Assembly: GCA_964187785.1 (NCBI GenBank)
Contig: OZ076411.1
Span: 25,321,379 to 25,360,000 of the forward strand
From: Amphiscolops sp. MND2022
Lineage: Eukaryota
DNA length: 38,622 nt
Direction: 5' to 3'
Positions 17,923 to 30,500 of this stretch are shown in pieces (the stretch's first letter is position 1; each line of letters starts with the position of its first letter). Under the pieces are notes generated by a model. The model saw nothing but the letters and a program-made list of their open reading frames with translations, was not told where the DNA came from and did no database searches. A program made the translations under genes and the position numbers.

Positions 17923-19698
17923 TGTCATGCCAGCATGATGGAAATATAATCTACTAAATATCTGTAATGTAAATATTATGTCTTATGTACTTAGATATGG
18001 GCAATATGATGTCATATAATAAGATCCATGGTTGTGAGCAACCCTACGTTACTTGTACTTAACCCCCTATTTTCCCCAGTGAGATTTGAGCTATTTATTT
18101 AATTAATACTGAGCATTCTAGTTCAGTTTGTCCGCAATTAGTGATTGTGCTAATAAGCAAATGATGCTATTCTACATTTAATGGCTTGTCACGAGGAAAG
18201 AAAGTAGTTTCTCGGTCAAACTGGACCGCCATGACAAATAGACGAGATTGAACACTCGCTAGGGAATTCCCGCCTCAGAGGAAACTAGCGTGGCAAGCCT
18301 CCTCTCTTTGAAATACACGAAACGATGAAATAACGATGTTATTGGTGCTAGAACTCATAATTTGACTCAATCTAACAAATTTCATCCATATTACATCGCC
18401 TAACTGTGACCAGAACGCTAGAAAACGAGAGAATTGAAACACGATGTAAAAGCGATGAAACTACTTGATTGAGGGACTTGTTACCATATGTTTCATCATT
18501 TGTACATCGCTCACGCCTCCAAAACCTGAAAACGGTGCTAAAATAGCTAACGATGGATAAACGATGGAAATCTTTCATCGTTTTCTCATCTAGAGCTGAA
18601 TCACGCTTCCAAGACCTGAAAACAGTGCTAAAATCAGGAACGATGGAAAAACGATAGAAATCTTTCATTGTTTTCTCATCTATAATCAAAATTCACCAAT
18701 AACTATGGTAAAGCGATGTAACCACTCCTGAACGATGCACAGTGCTCTCCCCACCACTCATTTCATCGTTTTCACATCTAGTTGATCGTTTCAACACTAG
18801 AACAAAGCTCATTCATCATTCCTGCATCCACAGCCACATAAACAGAATCAACTAGTAGAAACGATGCCAAAACGACAAAACTACTGAATCCCGTATCTCC
18901 AGTTAAATTAGCGCTATTGATTCATCGTTTTTACATCATACTTGTTTAAAGTTGATTTAATCGACCCCCAGCTGGATTGTACCCCATTTTGATGTGATTT
19001 CGACACTTGCCGTGACTCAGACGATGCTTACTACAAGTTACTAATTTGAATGCATTAAATATTCATAATAATTGGTTTAAATAGATTCAGCGCGCAATTT
19101 CAGCTTGGTAGCCCTCCAGCGACATGCGATACAACCGGTCTAGTGACCAAGTGCTAATTAGCACCTTGCTAACTAACCAATAAGAACGAAACGATGGTAA
19201 GAATTGAGTCTTACCATCGAACTGGTGGAAGGCTACCGGAGAGACAACACAAGATTTACTAACGCTACATTGTACAAGTACTTATATTTACTTACCCTTT
19301 ATACGTACCTTACTCGAGCTTACAACAATTCAACTCTTATCCACAACAATCATCTCTTTCTCATCGTATGAGTTCTAATTCCCAAATAACCTTGAGAAAC
19401 GGGAAAACGTTAACTGGCACTACTTCAGTAGATTCAACAGAACTTACTCACGAGGAGCAAATCGTTAACATGGAAAATGACAACGAAAATGTAGATGATC
19501 AAACCCAATCAAGACAAAATTCATCAGGTCCAGAGATAGATTCACAGAGGGCAAATGATGAAAGATTTAGCCACCTACAATCAGAAATGTCTATGCTGAA
19601 AGCTATGATGGAAAAGTTGCTAGAACAAAACGAGGAGAGAAATAGACAAACGGATACCAATGCCGCAACGTCCTCGTTCGCGGTACGGTCGTCCAACA
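17923..19698 (+). repeat. 5' LTR (1,776 bp)
   Basis: Runs TGTCATGCC...GTCCAACA and aligns end to end with 30835-32609. Contains a ~90-bp internal tandem pair (18512-18592 / 18602-18682). Confidence 0.97.
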
Positions 19699-19711
19699 TG
19701 GTGACAGGAGT
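19699..19711 (+). other. Primer-binding site TGGTGACAGGAGT (probably tRNA-Leu)
   Basis: Begins with TGG immediately after the LTR's CA. From memory it matches the tRNA-Leu-type PBS TGGTGTCAGGAGT at 12/13. Confidence 0.75.
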
Positions 19712-20841
19712 CAACAGGACTCACAGAAACCAACGCAACTATTTCCACGACGAAGAAGATGAAGAAGATTACGAAGACACACCAAGCAACTCAACAGAGA
19801 CCGCATTACTCAACGCCATCCAAGATCTACCAAGGAAATGGCAGAAAACAAACACGAAACTCCTGCAAACCCACGTTCCCAATTTCCGAGGCTCTAAAGA
19901 CAAATACAACGAATTCGAGCACCTCTTACTTAACCATTTCCGACCCATCGCCAACAAGATCACAGAGGAAGATAAAATACACTTCTTCCAGAGCTTACTC
20001 CGCGATGAAGCCATTGACTTTTGGCAATCCATCACCATCAACCCAACCACCACTCTACAGGACATCCTGCAACTATTCAGAAAAGAGTTCGCAAAAGAAG
20101 ATATGAGAGAAGTCGCCCGCTACAAATGGAATGAAGCCAAATACGACCCGACCACCCAGACATTCGGAGATTTTCTAAAAAACCTCAAGAAAATAGCCAA
20201 GCAAGCATACGGCGACGAGGCTGACCAATGCATCAAGATGTTCCTCTTCGGGAAAATACCAAGCGAAATCCAACAAGAGCTGACAATGGCGAACAAGGAA
20301 GACAGCAGCCCCGAAGAAATCAAAACCTACCTACTCAGAAAATACCAATATCAGAACGTCCTACAACAACCTGCAGCGACATATCAGCCATTTAACCAAA
20401 TGTCTGATAACAACCCCAAACGAGAATTCACACGCTCCGACCAATCTCAGCCCAAACCAGACATCAAACGGTTCGATGGATAATGCTTCTACTGTGGTAA
20501 ACAAGGCCACAGGAAACAAGAATGCAGAGGACGCCAAAGAGATGAAGCTAATGGCATTAACAAACCAGACGCCATACAACCTACCAAACGGCAAGATGAA
20601 GATAAGCCAAAATACAACCCAAAACTGGTATGCCAGATTTGCGGTATACTGGCCACTCAGCCAAGGACTGCAGAAAAAGAATCCCAAAGCAAACGAGCAC
20701 ACCCTACGGACAACTACCATATCAACGAACAGATGAACAAGAGAACAAAGAACGACGACGAGAATTAAAACAACAACAGCGCCCCATGAACCAAATGGAA
20801 ATACAAGACAACGACGAAGATCCATCCTCAGAAGGAGAACA

Positions 20842-20848
20842 GGATTTT
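20842..20848 (+). other. Candidate -1 ribosomal frameshift heptamer G_GAT_TTT (gag to pol)
   Basis: In phase with gag, one codon before the gag stop. The -1 frame is open from here into the protease ORF (ATG 21031). Confidence 0.65.
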
Positions 20849-20853
20849 CAGTA

Positions 20854-23800
20854 AAGCCACAATTTCACTCCGCGAACAATCGAAGTGCGCACCCACACTC
20901 TGACTCCAAAACTCACTCGACTCAACAAACTCAACGCAATCGTCACCAGAGGTCTTGGCAGCCCTCTGGTGATTCCAGCAAAGCAGACGAAGTCTATCTG
21001 CGAAGAAACCAGAAAACCGATGAACAACCGATGAAGTCAATGCGGACTACCAACAAATTCACCCCATTGGAAAATTCACTCGATGAGCAAACGATGAACT
21101 GGCATAACGACGCATTGAGGCCTGCGCACGATGCCAAAGAGATGTACTCACATCTACAACCGACGGACCGACTCTCAACCGATGACAAATCGACAAAACG
21201 GCTTAGTAGCAAAACAATTGCAAACGACAAAAATAGTAGTACCAAAACTAAAAAACATGCAACCAATAATCAATTTCACGTACTTAGTCCCACATTACAT
21301 TTAAATAAAAAGGATAAGATGTTGTTTGTTCCCCTCCAGTTTAACAGCTACGAAAACCAAGGTCTTTTAGACACAGGAGCAGTGCAAAGCGCACTTTCGG
21401 AAGCAGAATTACGCAAAATCACTGCTGCTCATCCCGAAGCAGTACTAGACGAATTACCACCCCCTAACTTCAAAGTTCAGATAGCTAACGGAAGCTTGGT
21501 CCCCATTCGAAAACAAGTCCTTCTACGCTTTTTCATAGCTGGAAAAGTATTTGAAGAAGTCTTTTTAGTCCTCCCAACAATGGGAACAATCCTGATTGGA
21601 ATGTCGTTCTTTGAAAAATATTCGGTCAACCTTGACATCAAAAATCATTTAATCCACTTTCCAAACCACATGATGTCAATGCAAGTGAGACAACAGACGA
21701 ATAAAAAGTTCAAAACTGGATTAATTAATTTGTATTCCAGCAGCCGAACCACCATCCCTCCCCACCATCAAGTACTGATTGAGGTCCACAGTGACGAGGA
21801 CATATCACGTACAACCGGTACGGTAGAAGGGACTCCAGCATTCATGCGCAAGACGTGTCTCTTGGTGTCTCCAGCAGTGGTTGAACTAGACGATGGCAAA
21901 ACGATGATTCAGGTCACCAACCCCAATGAGCACGTGTACACACTCGAAACCAACACCAACCTAGCAAACTTTATAATACCAACGCCCCACCAAGTTGCCA
22001 ACATCACACCGATGCCAGTCGAACACCTGAAGTTGATCACCGATCACCCCGACGATGCAGCAGCAGTGATCAATCAACTCTTTGTGAACACCGAGATGAA
22101 GTCTACAAAATGGTACCCGACACCAGAGACGTGTAGTGAGCCAGACAAACTCAACAAGATCGAACGACGCATTTTCGATGAGATTCTGGCCCTCAGAGAA
22201 CTGGAGAAGCTCGACCCTACCCACTCCCATGAAGAACGAGTCAAGTTCCTGCAGAACTTCAAGTGGGAGGAATCACTTCTCTCTCCATCTCAACAAGCTC
22301 AGGTAGAGGAGTTGCTGGTAAAGTACAACTCCATTTTTGCTAGACATCGTTTAGACATCGGCATGAACACTGATTTTAAAGTAAAATTAACACCCCAGCA
22401 TGAAGAACCGGTGTACTCCCAAAGTCTCCCTACCCCTACTAACCTAAAAGATGACTTGCTTGTAGAATTAGCGTTAATGCAGGAGTACGGGATTATAACT
22501 ATTCTTCCTTACAGCAAATACTCTTCACCGATATTTGCTCAGCGCAAACCGAATGGTAAACTAAGGATTTTAGTTGACTTGCGGAGAATCAACCACCTGA
22601 TCAAGAACGATTACGGCGAACACAACCACCCAGTCACAACCGTTTGAGACGCTGCTCAACACATGGCCGGGAAAAAATATTTCTGTAAACTTGACTGTTC
22701 CCAGGCCTACCATTGCATTCCAATGGCTGATGAGCAGTCAATCCAACTTTTGTCTTTCAACTTTGGATCCCGCACCTTTGCTTTTCTTAGACTAGCTCAA
22801 GGTCTTAACCGTTCTCTTTCAGCCTTCACCAGCGTAGTCCGCGAGTACTTGGACCCCTTGGTCAAAGCGGACCGCTGTGCCCAGTATGTTGACGACATAG
22901 GCATAGCAGCAGATACGCCTGATGAATTGATTGAAAATTTAGAACTTGTTTTTCAGCAGTTGACCAAAGCTGGTTTAAAACTCAGCATGAATAAATGTGA
23001 TTTCGGCCAACAACAAATTGAATACTTTGGAAAATCAATTTCTAGCACTGGAATAGAACCCATCGAAAAACGAATAACTGATTATTTGAAGAAACTCAAA
23101 CCGTCCAATTCAGTCAAAGCTCTCCAACGGTACTTAGGATTTGTCAACTTTTACAGGTCCTACATTCCCCGGTTGGCAGACAAAACAGCCGTTCTCCACG
23201 AGTTAATCAAAAAAGACACTACCTTTAAATGAGAACAACGTCACAAAGATGTAATTTTTGACATTAACGAAAGTTTACTCAAGGCTACTAAACTGTCATT
23301 GAAACTTCCCCTTCCGGATAAACAATTAGTAATCATGTGTGACGCGAGTGAACACGCAGCAGGTTATGTTCTTTTAATAGAAGACTACTCTGAAACACAA
23401 TCGGGTAGCTTGAAGAAGTACGCACCAGTTGCTTTTGGCTCTAAGAAATTTCAGGGTGGACAGATGTCATTAACAATGTACGCTAAAGAATTTTTAGCCA
23501 TGCACTTCGCGTTCGACGAGTTCGGTCACATTTTGTGGGGTGCAAAGAAACCTATAATTGTAATGACAGACAGTAAAGCACTCACCCGTTTCTTTCAGGC
23601 CAAACACATACCACCGTCACTTTGGAATTTTTGCGACCAGACGCTTCAGTTTAATTTTATTTTAGCAGATGTACCAGGTGTAGAGAATCCCGCAGCGGAT
23701 TACCTTTCCAGGTTGGAAATTCGACCTGAAGACCGTGTTCATCTAAAATTAACTGATTCCATTCCAGTACACCACATAGAAATTGAAATCGCCTCGAAGA

Positions 23801-26000
23801 CGCCAAAACAGGAGGAAGACGAACCAGACTACTTCCCTCCTAGCGAAACACTGAGACAGAAGAGGTCACACGATGCTAAACCGATGAAAGTGATCAACTC
23901 TGAGACAGTGACGACTGATGATGGCAAACTGATGATTTCAGTTGACGCAGCGACGGCAGACGGTGACGATGACAAGACGATGAACTACGTACATTCCACA
24001 CCACTGGCCTCTGAGAATGATCACACAAGCTCCCCTCAGATCTACCAGCTAATGCCTGACGCTCACCTACCAGAGTACACTAGATTCATCGTAAAAACAT
24101 CGTTACTACACCCGGTAACGAAAGAGGTTAGCCCCCAAGGGGGAGTCGATCTAATTTTAACCCAAAAAACAGATAGTGACATTCAACTTATGTTAAAAAT
24201 TTTGTCTGGCGAAACAACTCTAACCCACTCTGTGAACTTGATGTCAACGTTTTTCCAAAAACTCCACAAAAACCGTAAACGCCTTGAAAAAGTAAACGGA
24301 GCTCTGTACCGTATCTTTTATGACCATACTGGCCTTGAGTCCCATAAACAAATCGTCGTACCTGATCAAGTCATGCTAGAAATAATCAGGTCCTTACACA
24401 GTAACCCTGTACAGGGACACCCCGGCTCTAAAGAGATGTTACATGAACTACGCAAACGCTACTTCTCTCCAAGTCTTGCTGAAAAAACACAAAAAATACT
24501 CGAAAGCTGTGAAAATGCATGCGATCGAAATCGACGAACGAATCAAAGGTCCGTCCACCGTTACAGAAAATTTACGACCCGTGTAACGGCCCTTCTGATC
24601 TGATGGAAGTTGACATAGTCGGACCACTGCCTGCATCAAACGGATTCACACATATCCTGACCGCAATCGACGTATTCGCGCGTTATTTGTTTGCTGTACC
24701 GCTACGAAAACCCGATACACCATCCGTAGTTAAGGCTTTACTGTCGGTATTCGCCAAACACGCGTACGTCCCAACGCATATCCTGACTGACAAAGGATCC
24801 GTGTTCACCGCCGAACTATTCCAACAACTGACCAAAGCCATAGGCATTGAAATCTCCCATGCAACTGTAAAACATGCACAAACCATAGGCATGGTTGAGA
24901 GAAGTCATGCAAAACTTAAAAAGATCCTAAAAATACATGTAAATGTAGACAGACCACAATGGGACCGCTATGTCGACATAGCAAGCATGGCCCATAACAC
25001 AACGTACCACACTTCTCTGAAATGCTCACCAACTGAAATCTTTCACGGACGCACTCGATACAACGCTTTGGACCTAAAATACTCTAACCCCGAAAGACGA
25101 GTCGACACCAAGTTTGGAGACGTCAACCAGATCCTAAACCTTATGAACGAAATCTACCGAAATAACACAGACAACATAGTAGCTGCATACCACAAGTACA
25201 AAGCTTATTATGACAGAAAAGCCAAAGCACAACCGCTCAAAGTGAACGACCTTGTTTTCCTACTTGACCCCAAATACGACTCTCAGGGTTGCAAAGAAGA
25301 GTTCAAGACCTTCCACTGGAAAGGTCCGTTCAAAGTGATGAAAGTGCTGTCCGACAGTAATTACATCATACGAAAGGTAAGAACGTTCAAAACACAATGC
25401 GTTCATCGTATACGACTGAAAATCTTCAAACCGGAATTCCCTGTAGAAGACGTAGAAATCAGCAACCAACCAGTATACGCTGACACGGACCGAACGGAAG
25501 ATTCTGATATTTTCGATTCCCACATTCCCACACAAACAAACATAAACTCCAACTCGGACGAACCAGAAACTGATGAAGAAACACTAGTTGAAAGAGTCAT
25601 TCGAATCAAATCACCAGATTATCGACAGCCAATCAAACACGACAGACCACTGAACCGACTACCGAACCGACTGTCGTTAACACCACAACCGGAAATAATC
25701 ATAGACGACCTGCCTCTAAACGCCCCACAGGTGCAATTAAACGAAAATGATGATATAAGTCCACAGGAAATCATTCCAGATACAGCGAAACAAACAGAAC
25801 CATCAACAAAACCTGCCAACACCGAGACACCCCGACAGGTGAACAATGACGAAACGCCAAATCTGATAGCAACGAGGACAAATAAAAACAAATATAGTCT
25901 ACGCGAAAACCCTCAGCCGAAACGCTACTCAGACTTCCTAATTCATGAAATCTCAACTGCTCGAAACGCTCTACGCAAAACAAACACTACTTTACAGTAG
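20854..26000 (+). pseudogene. pol: pol: protease, RT, RNase H, integrase; two in-frame stops (22645-22647, 23230-23232) and one frameshift (~24515)
   Basis: PR LLDTGAVQS. RT YSSPIF, LRILVDLRRIN, QYVDDI. RH CDASEH, KEFLA, TDSKAL, ADYLSRL. INT HSNPVQGHPG...C/C, EVDIVGPL, LTDKGSVF, GMVERSH. The ORFs at 21031, 22663 and 23299 share one frame. Confidence 0.95.
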
Positions 26001-26092
26001 AAAACGACAGAAAAACATGTAAACGACAATCTCACATCAAAACGATGGTTAAATAACACCCCATCGTGAAGAAAAAGTGAAATTACCAGAAA

Positions 26093-27333
26093 CGATGTAA
26101 ATCCGATGGAACATTTCCATCGGCAGCACATCGCTTCCAGAAACACATAAAATTCAAATGAGTTTAACGATGGTTCACATCCATCGTTTTCTCATCCCAA
26201 CCTTCTCTCTGACCATGCCACAAAAACAATCTGAGTTTCCATGACCTGTCTGTTGATTATCCGTAGGCTTTGCCTCGTGTCATCTGATGAACGACCCTCA
26301 GTTGATGAAAAATTTAATTACCAACTGCTAGATGGAAATTAGACAAACTACCGCATTTGACTACAAACTTATAACAGCACGATGTAAAAGAGATGGAATT
26401 TCTCCATCCCTTCTACACCTCCCTTCTCTCTACAATTACATTCAGTCAAGAGAGAATAATCATCAATCGTCAACAGACCATAGGCCTTGCCTTGGGTTGA
26501 CATTCGGTTCATTACCGCCCTGATTGAGGACACCGAAAAGATACAACTGCTATTCATTGGCTAACGCACCCACAGACACACGCCGATGAAAAAACGATGG
26601 AAATCTTCCATCGTTAGTTCATCGCTTCCACTCCCCAACGCAAAATTAACTAGTTATCAGGCGACGATGGAAAACGATGAAAATGTTTCATCGTTATCGC
26701 ATCGTCTCACAGTTCGTCGAGCAACCTTAACAAGCTCATCGACACGATGATAAAACGATGGAAAACCTCCATCGTTTCACACAACTCTTGAAGAACGCAC
26801 GAAAACCAACCCTGATGGAAAACCGATGAAAATCTTCCATCGGGTAATCATCGCTTTTAGAATTTCCACCTCAAATGAACCAACTCTTAGCCAACGATGA
26901 TGGAATGATGGATATACTCCACCGTTCCACTCACCTTTTATATCTCAACGCCAAAACCCACTTAAGCCTCTGTATCGATGCCTACACGATGAAAATACTT
27001 CATCGCGTGCACATCGCTTTGAAAGGTTAACATGAAACTCAGACTATTCATGCAATTCAAAGGTACATGTAATTTCACGCACGCGAGTACAACAACAGTC
27101 ACGATGTATAACAGATGGAGTTTCCCCATCACTTAATCACTGGTAACAACCTAACATGAAAACTACCTAAGTCTCGTAACCTACACTTCGAATACATGCA
27201 ACTGAGCCCCGCGATGGGAAAACGATGAGAATGTTTTATCGTTTACTCATCATCCAAAGGATTCATACTAATTTACACACAAACGCAATTACAGATGAAG
27301 TAACGATGGAAATTTTCCACCGCCCTCTCATCT
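26093..27333. repeat. Array of about 12 copies of a 41-bp motif CGATG-N6-CGATG-N9-CATCG-N6-CATCG
   Basis: Exact copies at 26093, 26584 and 26976. Near or partial copies at 26168, 26380, 26665, 26745, 26813, 26895, 27102, 27212 and 27293. Confidence 0.9.
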
Positions 27334-27564
27334 CCCTAATCAGCCTGCCTACCAATTAACTCCCACCTTATGGCACACGAAAACTCTAACTAAATGTTCA
27401 ATTCAGAAAATCTCTAATAACCTTAGCACAAAGTACAAAAATAAAAGAACAACAATTATAGCAAAATCCCAACACAAATGTTAGTGCTTCGCACTTTCTA
27501 ATAATACTGTTAAAACTCAATCAAAGTTAAAACAACGAAGAAACAAGTGTGAAATAAATATTTT

Positions 27565-30500
27565 TCAAAATCGATGCTCTCCGCCAATTTCCGGACTCGC
27601 AGGCCTTCCTCCATCCGACGTGAAACCTAACAGCTCCAAAACTGCACCACGATAACCATCAGGAGACTCTCTGCCGATTTCATCCCACAAACTGCCTAGC
27701 GTGACGTCTCGCAAATCTTCCGATCTTCCAATCACTTCGCTACTTTCCATCACTAAGCCATCGGGGATACTCTGTAAACCCCGCACATTTCGGGCCTCAC
27801 ACCAACTGAGGATTGTCAGGAAAATACTTCTAAGGGACTCTGAAGATAAAACTGGCAAGCAAATATTGACCATCTGAACATTTTGGATTACACTGCCGCT
27901 CAAACACAACGACAACTGCATCATTCGCCGCAAATTAGCATCGTTAGTTCCATACTGCAACAGCTCCCTATCATGGACATCTGATGCATACTCACTCGGT
28001 TGGTCATCTCGGAATTGTCTGACGAAGCGTACATAAGATTCAGACATCGCAATTCTTTCTTCTCCAGCTATAACACTATTTCCCTCTAGAGCTTCAAGAA
28101 AGTAGCCAATTGTTTCCTCTATTTCATTGATACTTCCGCACATCAGCACAACCGGACACCAACATGCTAGGGCCATATTGACTTGATCAGAAATCTGTGG
28201 CATCCGTAGCAAGTTCATAGCAACGGTGATCAGGAACTGCCGCTCGATACTCCCCCCCACAAGCATATCGGGCACGATGAGCTTCGAAAGTCCGATACAA
28301 CTGTGACTCTCTCGCTGCACTTAACCGTAGATCTCCGATTTGAAAATTGGCCCAGCGGTGCAACTCAAATGATTCCGGAACTGTCGCAGGTTGAGCAACC
28401 ATCAAGCAAAGTTCTCGGACGGTACTCAGCAACTCATTGACAGCATACAATCCGCGATGCATACTTCCACCGAAAGTCTGCTTCATGTTCTTGAGTACTA
28501 AAACAACAGGATTAAAACACAACACGCCAATGACCAGATGCTAATCCGATGTACACTGTATAACAACGCCCTCACCTAGTACAGACCTAACAAATCACTC
28601 GAAATAGTAGTTCCACGCCACATGACATTTTTCCGATGATAACTATAGACAGTTCTCCCAACCCTCATACAACGCGACGGAAAACCGACAAAACCTGTAT
28701 AAACGTAATTACATGTAACAAAAGCAAAAATCTAACCAATGGAGTATACCGCTCCCATAGCATGCAATTTCAAAGCTAGTCCTGATTCCTGCAAGATTAT
28801 TAATTCCATCCGATTGGGATCTGCACTTCCTCCTAACTGATCAAGACGCTGTACCAACGCCAGAATACTGTCCCACGACTGATGTAACTCCTCCAGGACA
28901 GAGACAATCTCCCAATTAGAGATTTCACCGGTTACGACACACTGAAATAAAACACATTACTTACACACCTCACGTCAAATTCCAAGATGACCACTACGTG
29001 TTCTTAACTCCAAAACTCTTGCCGAACTGAAACCAAATATATGAACACACTAACATGCAACAAGGCAGGACAACTGCGTAACACAGGATCAGTCAAACAG
29101 TCGCGAAGCTTCCCCAGAAGAAAGTTCATCACCACATGAACGTCCTGCCCGACGAACACAGACAATCCAGCGGTTGTAATAATCTGCAATACGGCATGCA
29201 ATTGTAACGGATTCAGCTGCAACCCGCGTCGGCCGCCGTCTCCTTCTAACAACCCTCCAACAGATGAGAGACATCCACAACTGATCCCCAATGGGACAAA
29301 GTCATCAACCACACAACTCCAGTAGTCCGCGAGCCACTCAGACACTCGCCTCTCCCAGTCGCCAGTAGCTACGACCTCAAACAGGACCACACCCTGCACT
29401 GCGTCTGCCTCAGCCACACTGACAGAGCAACGAACGACACTCCTATCCAACTCCAGATATAGTCCAACAGGATTTTCACCACATAGCGAAGCTGCGAGTG
29501 TACGGACGACATAAGGCCACACTCCGAAGATCAAAAGCGCCTGGAAAAAGTTAAAAAAAAATATTCCAAAACACCAATCAGCCTCACGACAATAGCACAC
29601 AAAACTCCCCTCAGAACCTAGATCATTTACCCGTCTATAGACACAGCATGAAGGTTATTAGGAAATTCCAAACATGTAATAACATGTATACATGTAAGTC
29701 ATGAAACATATAATTACCACTACGTCTTCCTTTCGGCATCCACCACCGAAAAGACTTCTGTACGACACGTCCGTCGTCGACAAGGAATCCCACAAATTGG
29801 TGAGTCCCGTCACGTCACCACCTCGATAAAGCGCGTCCACGACGACACACAGGAACATCCTCAGACTGCGTTCTGTATCAGGCACTTCCTGCACGGTCGA
29901 ACTCCAGATACTGCCGCCTCCTGACTCAATCCGGAACACATCCGGCACTGACAAGGCAGGACACACTTCCACGTCAGGCACTGACAGCCCACGTAACTCT
30001 TCAACCATTCGCGCCGCTTCTAACACGCCCATCACGGCACCAGTAGGACGTCTTAGCAACATTCCACGTCGCAGACGCACCAGACAGTCTAACCTGTGAT
30101 GGATCACGCCGCGACAATGTTCCAGATAGGTCGAAATCCCGCGACTGCCACCTTCAAATCGCGACGACACAAGAGACATCGCACATAAGCATCAGATGAG
30201 CGATGCTCACGAGCGAAGCCAAGCGAGATTCCGGCATACGGGTGTTGAAACCAAGTCGCGCGAATGCTGTTTAAAGCGACTAAAACGAAATCCGATGGAT
30301 AAACGATGAAACTACTTAACTGCAAATAGAACTGAATGGAATTCATTCATAATAACCCCCCTGATGTAAAAACGAAGTTTTAGTTAAATTAGCTAAGAGA
30401 AAACTTCTACCGACTGAAAAAAAAATCAAAACTACTGAAAAGAAAGTATCGAGAAAACGATATCAAATCACACTTGAAAATAAAAATACCCACGCCCACT

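Larger units (their letters stand above)
19368..20854 (+). pseudogene. gag: gag (N-terminal coiled coil in the LTR, capsid-like region, two CCHC knuckles), disrupted
   Basis: ORF from 19368 with a premature TAA at 20481-20483 just before CFYCGKQGHRKQEC. A 1-nt frameshift near 20643 splits CQICG-YTGHSAKDC. Natural stop at 20852-20854. Confidence 0.9.

Noticed and set aside
18372-18689. Minus-strand LTR ORF MIIDEKTMKDF... with internal repeats
   Set aside because: The repeats reflect the 90-bp tandem and the CGATG motifs, and the frame is not kept intact in the other LTR (75 aa).
19499-26146. Numerous short minus-strand and alternate-frame ORFs over gag-pol
   Set aside because: Shadow ORFs of an A/C-rich coding strand with no recognisable motifs.
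26093-27333. CGATG motif array as a CRISPR array
   Set aside because: Eukaryotic retroelement context, no cas genes, internally variable repeats and irregular spacing.
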